Source: Mariniblastus sp. (GTDB lineage Bacteria > Planctomycetota > Planctomycetia > Pirellulales > Pirellulaceae). Taken from it: a stretch of 64,000 bases of DNA. A program made the translations under genes and the position numbers. Where the stretch lies: positions 554,709 to 618,708 of the forward strand of contig CBDFNH010000007.1 in assembly GCA_965250075.1 (NCBI GenBank), read 5' to 3'. Shown here piece by piece: positions 60,006-64,000 of this stretch (the first letter of the stretch is position 1; each line of letters opens with the position of its first letter). The notes under the pieces were generated by a model. The model ran no database searches. It was given only the letters and a program-made list of their open reading frames with translations, and was not told where the DNA came from.

Positions 60006-60275
60006 CGGAAAGGAAACCCGACGCGTGAGCGAGGGACGTGGTCGAAGACTACCGGAAAGGAAACCCGACGCGTGAGCGAGGGACGTGGTCGAAGACTACC
60101 GGAAAGGAAACCCGACGCGTGAGCGAGGGACGTGGTCGAAGACCACCGGAAAGGAAACCCGACGCGTGAGCGAGGGACGTGGTCGAAGACTACCGGAAAG
60201 GAAACCCGACGCGTGAGCGAGGGACGTGGTCGAAGACCAAACCGTCCTTGCTCACGCGGCGGGTTTCCTGGTAGC
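60006..60275. repeat. tandem array 2: 5 x 47 bp (CGGAAAGGAAACCCGACGCGTGAGCGAGGGACGTGGTCGAAGACTAC) plus one inverted diverged unit
   Basis: Unit starts 60006, 60053, 60100, 60147, 60194. Unit 3 has GACCAC. The inverted unit TCCTTGCTCACGCGGCGGGTTTCCTGGTAG lies at 60245-60274. Confidence 0.95.
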
Positions 60276-60379
60276 GCTTCGCTTATTCCGGATTTCATTC
60301 GTCTTGCTGAAGCTCGCGGCGTTGCTAACGCGGCACCAAAGCAATTTTCCAATCGAGCCGCCTGTCACTTGGATCAAAA

Positions 60380-61111
60380 ATGAAAACGCTAGATCGAATT
60401 TGCAAGTCGTTCGCCGTGACACTCATTGCTTTGACATCATTTGCTCATGCGCAAAATCCGCAGCAAACGGGCGTGACCGTACAACTGCCGACTCAGTCCA
60501 TTTTCCGAATCGATACGGTGGTCGGAGTTCCTGACGGCGGATCGATGGTTCTGGGCGGAGTCAACAGCTTTGGTTCATCCAGCATCAGTCGAGGTACACC
60601 GGGACTGTCCGGGATTCCCGGTGCCAACCGCTTGTTCCGCAATCAGGGGATCGGGAACGAGATCAATTCCAGCGGTGCCCGGGCGCATGTCCAGATTCTG
60701 ATCCGCGAAGAGCTGGAAGCCGATGTGCTGGCCCAAGCACGACAGATGCAATCTGTGCAATCACTGATCAACCTGAACGGATCCCCGGAAGTCCGTGCTC
60801 AGGCCGATTTCCTGACGCGACATATGGGCGGCTCGGCTAATCGCGGCCCAAACGGATTTGGTTACAGTTCGAATTCGCCTGTGCCAGGTTCGGATGGATA
60901 TCATGCCGAAACGACCGGTCAGAATTATGCACCGGGATATCCGAGCCAGTCCAATTCGATTTCCGGCCGGATTTTTGACATGCCGCAAGCCAGCAGATCG
61001 CCAGTTCCGACAAACAATAACGATCAGTTTTTTCCAGCTCGGCCGCGCCCGCAAACCGACGGGTATCGACCTCCGAACTTCAACGGAACGCGATTTAACA
61101 ACCGTCGGTAG
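60380..61111 (+). CDS. short secreted protein with secretin C-terminal-type motif
   Basis: Signal peptide MKTLDRICKSFAVTLIALTSFAHAQ. VGVPDGGSMVLGGV...GTPGLSGIPGANRLFRN...AHVQILIRE resembles the conserved end of GspD/PilQ secretins. Pro/Asn-rich tail. Confidence 0.5.
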   Translation: MKTLDRICKSFAVTLIALTSFAHAQNPQQTGVTVQLPTQSIFRIDTVVGVPDGGSMVLGGVNSFGSSSISRGTPGLSGIPGANRLFRNQGIGNEINSSGARAHVQILIREELEADVLAQARQMQSVQSLINLNGSPEVRAQADFLTRHMGGSANRGPNGFGYSSNSPVPGSDGYHAETTGQNYAPGYPSQSNSISGRIFDMPQASRSPVPTNNNDQFFPARPRPQTDGYRPPNFNGTRFNNRR

Positions 61112-61133
61112 GCCGGGGTTCATCGTTCATTAC

Positions 61134-61262
61134 GTAGCGTTGGCATCCTGCCGACGCTACTTCTCAACCTACATCGGCAGGATGCCGACGCTACTTCTCA
61201 ACTCACGTCGGCATCCTGCCGACGTTACTTCTCAACCTGCGTCGGCAGGATGCCAACGCTAC
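61134..61262. repeat. 4 x 34-bp tandem cluster of REP-like hairpins with alternating TCC/GGA loops
   Basis: Hairpins at 61134-61160 (12-bp stem, loop TCC), 61172-61194 (GGA), 61205-61228 (TCC) and 61240-61262 (GGA). Each of the first three is followed by CTACTTCTCAAC. Confidence 0.9.
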
Positions 61263-61374
61263 AAGCTTATTCTGAATTGGTTTTGCGTCTATGATGGAAG
61301 GCGGCGCAAGGACCAGGCAAGGTCGCTCTGAAGGTCAATTCTTACCGGCAACTTACCAACGGCAGCGCGACACG

Positions 61375-62064
61375 ATGATCGAAGTTGAGCAACTCGAATT
61401 CACGTATCCGCGCAGCGAATTCCGGCTGGTGATCGATCGGCTCACGATTGCGTCCGGCGAAAAAGTTGCCATCGTCGGCCCAAGTGGCAGCGGAAAAACG
61501 ACGCTACTCAACTTGATCTCCGGAATTTCGACGCCCGAGTCGGGGATGATTTCGGTCGATGGGAATCGTGTCTCTGCGATGAATGACGGCGCACGCAGAA
61601 ACTTCCGCATCTCAAACATCGGGATGGTGTTTCAACAGTTTGATCTCGTGGAATACCTGAACTCGCTCCAGAATATTCTCCTGCCGTATCAGATTAATGG
61701 CTCGTTGAACATAAATGCCGACATCCGCGAAGGAGCCGCTGAACTGGCTGCCTCGGTTGGCCTGGGTGACAAACTCAGGCGATTCCCGAACCAACTGAGC
61801 CAGGGCGAACAACAGCGGGTCGCAATCTGCCGGGCGCTGGTGAACGAACCGAGTTTACTGCTGGCCGATGAGCCAACAGGAAACCTCGATCCGGCCAGCA
61901 AGAAAACCGTACTCGAAATTCTATTCGACCAGGCCGATCGGGCGGGCAGGACGCTGGTCGTCGTGACGCACGACATGAGCATCCTCGACGGGTTTGATCG
62001 CAGCATCGACTTCGAGGTGTTTCGCCAACCGGTTGCGGCGGCATCATCGGGAGCATCACAGTGA
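61375..62064 (+). CDS. ABC transporter ATP-binding protein (MacB/LolD-like)
   Basis: ATG at 61375 (MIEVEQLEFTY). GPSGSGKTT, LSQGEQQRVAICRAL, LLLADEPTGNLD. Confidence 0.92.
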   Translation: MIEVEQLEFTYPRSEFRLVIDRLTIASGEKVAIVGPSGSGKTTLLNLISGISTPESGMISVDGNRVSAMNDGARRNFRISNIGMVFQQFDLVEYLNSLQNILLPYQINGSLNINADIREGAAELAASVGLGDKLRRFPNQLSQGEQQRVAICRALVNEPSLLLADEPTGNLDPASKKTVLEILFDQADRAGRTLVVVTHDMSILDGFDRSIDFEVFRQPVAAASSGASQ

Positions 62065-63236
62065 AAGGACCGATGCTGCTGGCCTGGCGATACATCTGCT
62101 ACCACAAAATGAAAACGCTGATTCTGATCGCGTGCATTTTCCTGACGATCATTCTGCCGGTCGCGATTAACATTATCATTCGCCAGTTCGACAGACAGAT
62201 ACTCGCCCGGGCGGACAGCACTCCGGCCGTGATCGGTGCCAGGGGAAGCGATCTGGATCTGACGCTCGGGACGATCTACTTCAAACACAACAACGCCGGC
62301 ACGATCCCGTTTTCAGAAACGGAAACAGTTGAACAGTTCGGGATCGCAATTCCTGTTTACTCGCGGTTCACAGCAAGCGGGTATCCGGTCGTCGCGACGA
62401 CGCTGGACTATTACGACTTTCGCCGGATGCAAATTGAACGCGGCAACATGCTGACGATGCTGGGCGATTGCGTGCTCGGTCAAAAAACGGCTGAGACGCT
62501 CGGGTTGAATCCTGGCGACCGTTTGCTTTCGGACGCTGAAGCAACACTGGATATCGGCGGAATCACACCTATCAAAATGCGCGTCACAGGAATCTTCGCG
62601 GCGACCGGAACGGCTGACGACAACGCCGTGTTTGTTGATTTGAAAACCGCCTGGGTGATCGAAGGGCTCGGTCACGGTCATCAATCACTTGAGGATGAAA
62701 CCGACGAAGGGATGGTCCTGTCGCGCACCGAAGATGGCATCGTCGCCAGCGCTGCGGTCAGGCCCTATCTCGAAATCAATGAAACCAACATCGATTCGTT
62801 TCACTTTCATGGCGACCCCGGCGGTTTTCCAGTGGGCGGAATCATCGCGCTAACGACTGATCCGAAAAATGAACGACTGCTCGAAGGCAGATTCCATGGT
62901 GAAGGAGCGACGGCCCAGTTCGCCAGACCGGGCAAAGTGGTGCGCGAGTTGATGTCGCTGGTCTTTAAGGTTAAGTCTGTGTTCGACGCGAACTCGATTC
63001 TGATTGCGTTGTCGACCGGGATGTTGTTGCTGCTGGTGATTCTACTGTCATTGAAATTGCGACAACGAGAAATGCAAACGATGTTCCAGCTCGGAGCCAG
63101 CCGCAGCACAACAGCGCTGTTGCAGATCTGGGAGATGGGTTTTATTTTCCTGATCAGCGGTTTGCTGGTTGCCGGTGCAACCTGGTTGCTGCTCCAATAT
63201 TCAGGAGACTTTGTGCAACGGTTGCTGCTGGGCTAG
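62061..63236 (+). CDS. ABC transporter permease, FtsX/MacB-type
   Basis: GTG at 62061 overlaps the ATPase stop (alternative ATG at 62073). N-terminal TM, ~250-aa periplasmic domain, 3 C-terminal TMs (ILIALSTGMLLLLVILLSL...). Confidence 0.85.
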   Translation: MKGPMLLAWRYICYHKMKTLILIACIFLTIILPVAINIIIRQFDRQILARADSTPAVIGARGSDLDLTLGTIYFKHNNAGTIPFSETETVEQFGIAIPVYSRFTASGYPVVATTLDYYDFRRMQIERGNMLTMLGDCVLGQKTAETLGLNPGDRLLSDAEATLDIGGITPIKMRVTGIFAATGTADDNAVFVDLKTAWVIEGLGHGHQSLEDETDEGMVLSRTEDGIVASAAVRPYLEINETNIDSFHFHGDPGGFPVGGIIALTTDPKNERLLEGRFHGEGATAQFARPGKVVRELMSLVFKVKSVFDANSILIALSTGMLLLLVILLSLKLRQREMQTMFQLGASRSTTALLQIWEMGFIFLISGLLVAGATWLLLQYSGDFVQRLLLG

Positions 63237-63312
63237 TCGTTCAAGACAGAAAATACCAGCAGGTGATACTAGCCGTTTGGCGATGTCAAGAAATAGAAGT
63301 AACGTAAAATCA

Positions 63313-63375
63313 AAACACAGAGGCACAAAGGACACGAAGTCTCGCTTCGTCGCTTTCCGCTGTGCCTCTGTGTTT
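63313..63375. terminator. compound hairpin (15-bp outer stem, nested 6-bp hairpin), possible terminator/REP
   Basis: AAACACAGAGGCACA (63313-63327) pairs perfectly with TGTGCCTCTGTGTTT (63361-63375). Inner hairpin ACGAAG-TCTCG-CTTCGT (63334-63350). Confidence 0.5.
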
Positions 63376-63415
63376 CAAAACTGACGACGGTGGATAGTGA
63401 ATGTCGTGTTTTTCA

Positions 63416-64000
63416 TTCCTTGCTCACGCGGCGGGCTACTGTTTTCGTTCCTTGCTCACACGGCGGGTTACTGTTTTCGTTCCTTGCTCACGCGGCGGGC
63501 TACTGTTTTCGTTCCTTGCTCACGCGGCGGGTTACTGTTTCGTTCCTTGCTCACGCGGCGGGTTACTGTTTCGTTCCTTGCTCACGCGGCGGGTTACTGT
63601 TTCGTTCCTTGCTCACGCGGCGGGTTACTGTTTCGTTCCTTGCTCACGCGGCGGGTTACTGTTTCTTTCCTTGCTCACGCGGCGGGCTACTGTTTTCGTT
63701 CCTTGCTCACGCGGCGGGTTACTGTTTCGTTCCTTGCTCACGCGGCGGGTTACTGTTTCGTTCCTTGCTCACGCGGCGGGTTACTGTTTCGTTCCTTGCT
63801 CACGCGGCGGGTTACTGTTTCGTTCCTTGCTCACGCGGCGGGTTACTGTTTCGTTCCTTGCTCACGCGGCGGGTTACTGTTTCGTTCCTTGCTCACGCGG
63901 CGGGTTACTGTTTCGTTCCTTGCTCACGCGGCGGGTTACTGTTTCGTTCCTTGCTCACGCGGCGGGTTACTGTTTCTTTCCTTGCTTGCGCGGCGGGTTA
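63416..64000. repeat. tandem array 3: at least 19 units of 31/32 bp (TTCCTTGCTCACGCGGCGGGTTACTGTTTCG), truncated by the window end
   Basis: Unit starts 63416, 63448, 63480, 63512, 63543, 63574, 63605, 63636, 63667, 63699, then every 31 bp to 63978. The 32-bp variants carry GGGCTACTGTTTTCG. Confidence 0.97.

Overview
Chromosomal window that looks planctomycete. This is inferred from ECF sigma/Ser-Thr kinase pairing, several FHA-domain proteins, futalosine-pathway mqn genes, a KLEDRKLLA-type secretion N-terminus, csrA and very dense REP-like elements. No database search was possible. About 60 intact CDS are supported. They include the S10-spc ribosomal protein cluster (rpsJ to secY, minus strand, 46.4-57.9 kb), uvrB, pfkA, a type II glutamine synthetase, one tRNA-Glu(UUC), mqnB/mqnD and two Ser/Thr kinases. 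Also supported are an FHA-adenylate/guanylate cyclase, two tandem EF-hand paralogs, an RTX protein next to an edge-truncated ISL3 transposase, and an ABC ATPase/permease pair. The stretch 33.7-37.9 kb between uvrB and pfkA is a graveyard of at least seven decayed genes: IS3 remnants, an HNH nuclease, a hybrid histidine kinase, an FAD oxidoreductase and a GcvT-like gene. The most unusual signal is non-coding. Three separate tandem arrays (21 x 44-46 bp at 16.0-17.0 kb, 5 x 47 bp plus one inverted unit at 60.0-60.3 kb, and at least 19 x 31/32 bp at 63.4 kb running off the window) are all built around the same ~21-nt core, TCCTTGCTMACGCGGCGGGTT. A second family of palindromic hairpins (GTCGGCA-GGA-TGCCRAC) occurs three times inside ribosomal-operon spacers. 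It also occurs as a 4 x 34 bp cluster whose 3-nt loop alternates GGA/TCC. Other points worth a second look:
- an ArsC-NadC fusion ORF
- an MscS-like gene split by a single in-frame TGA
- no uL24 gene in its canonical slot
- a 62-nt rpsC/rplP overlap
- recurrent AT-rich TAATTGT blocks upstream of genes

All coordinates were anchored on the supplied ORF track. Functions are assigned from motifs recognised by eye.
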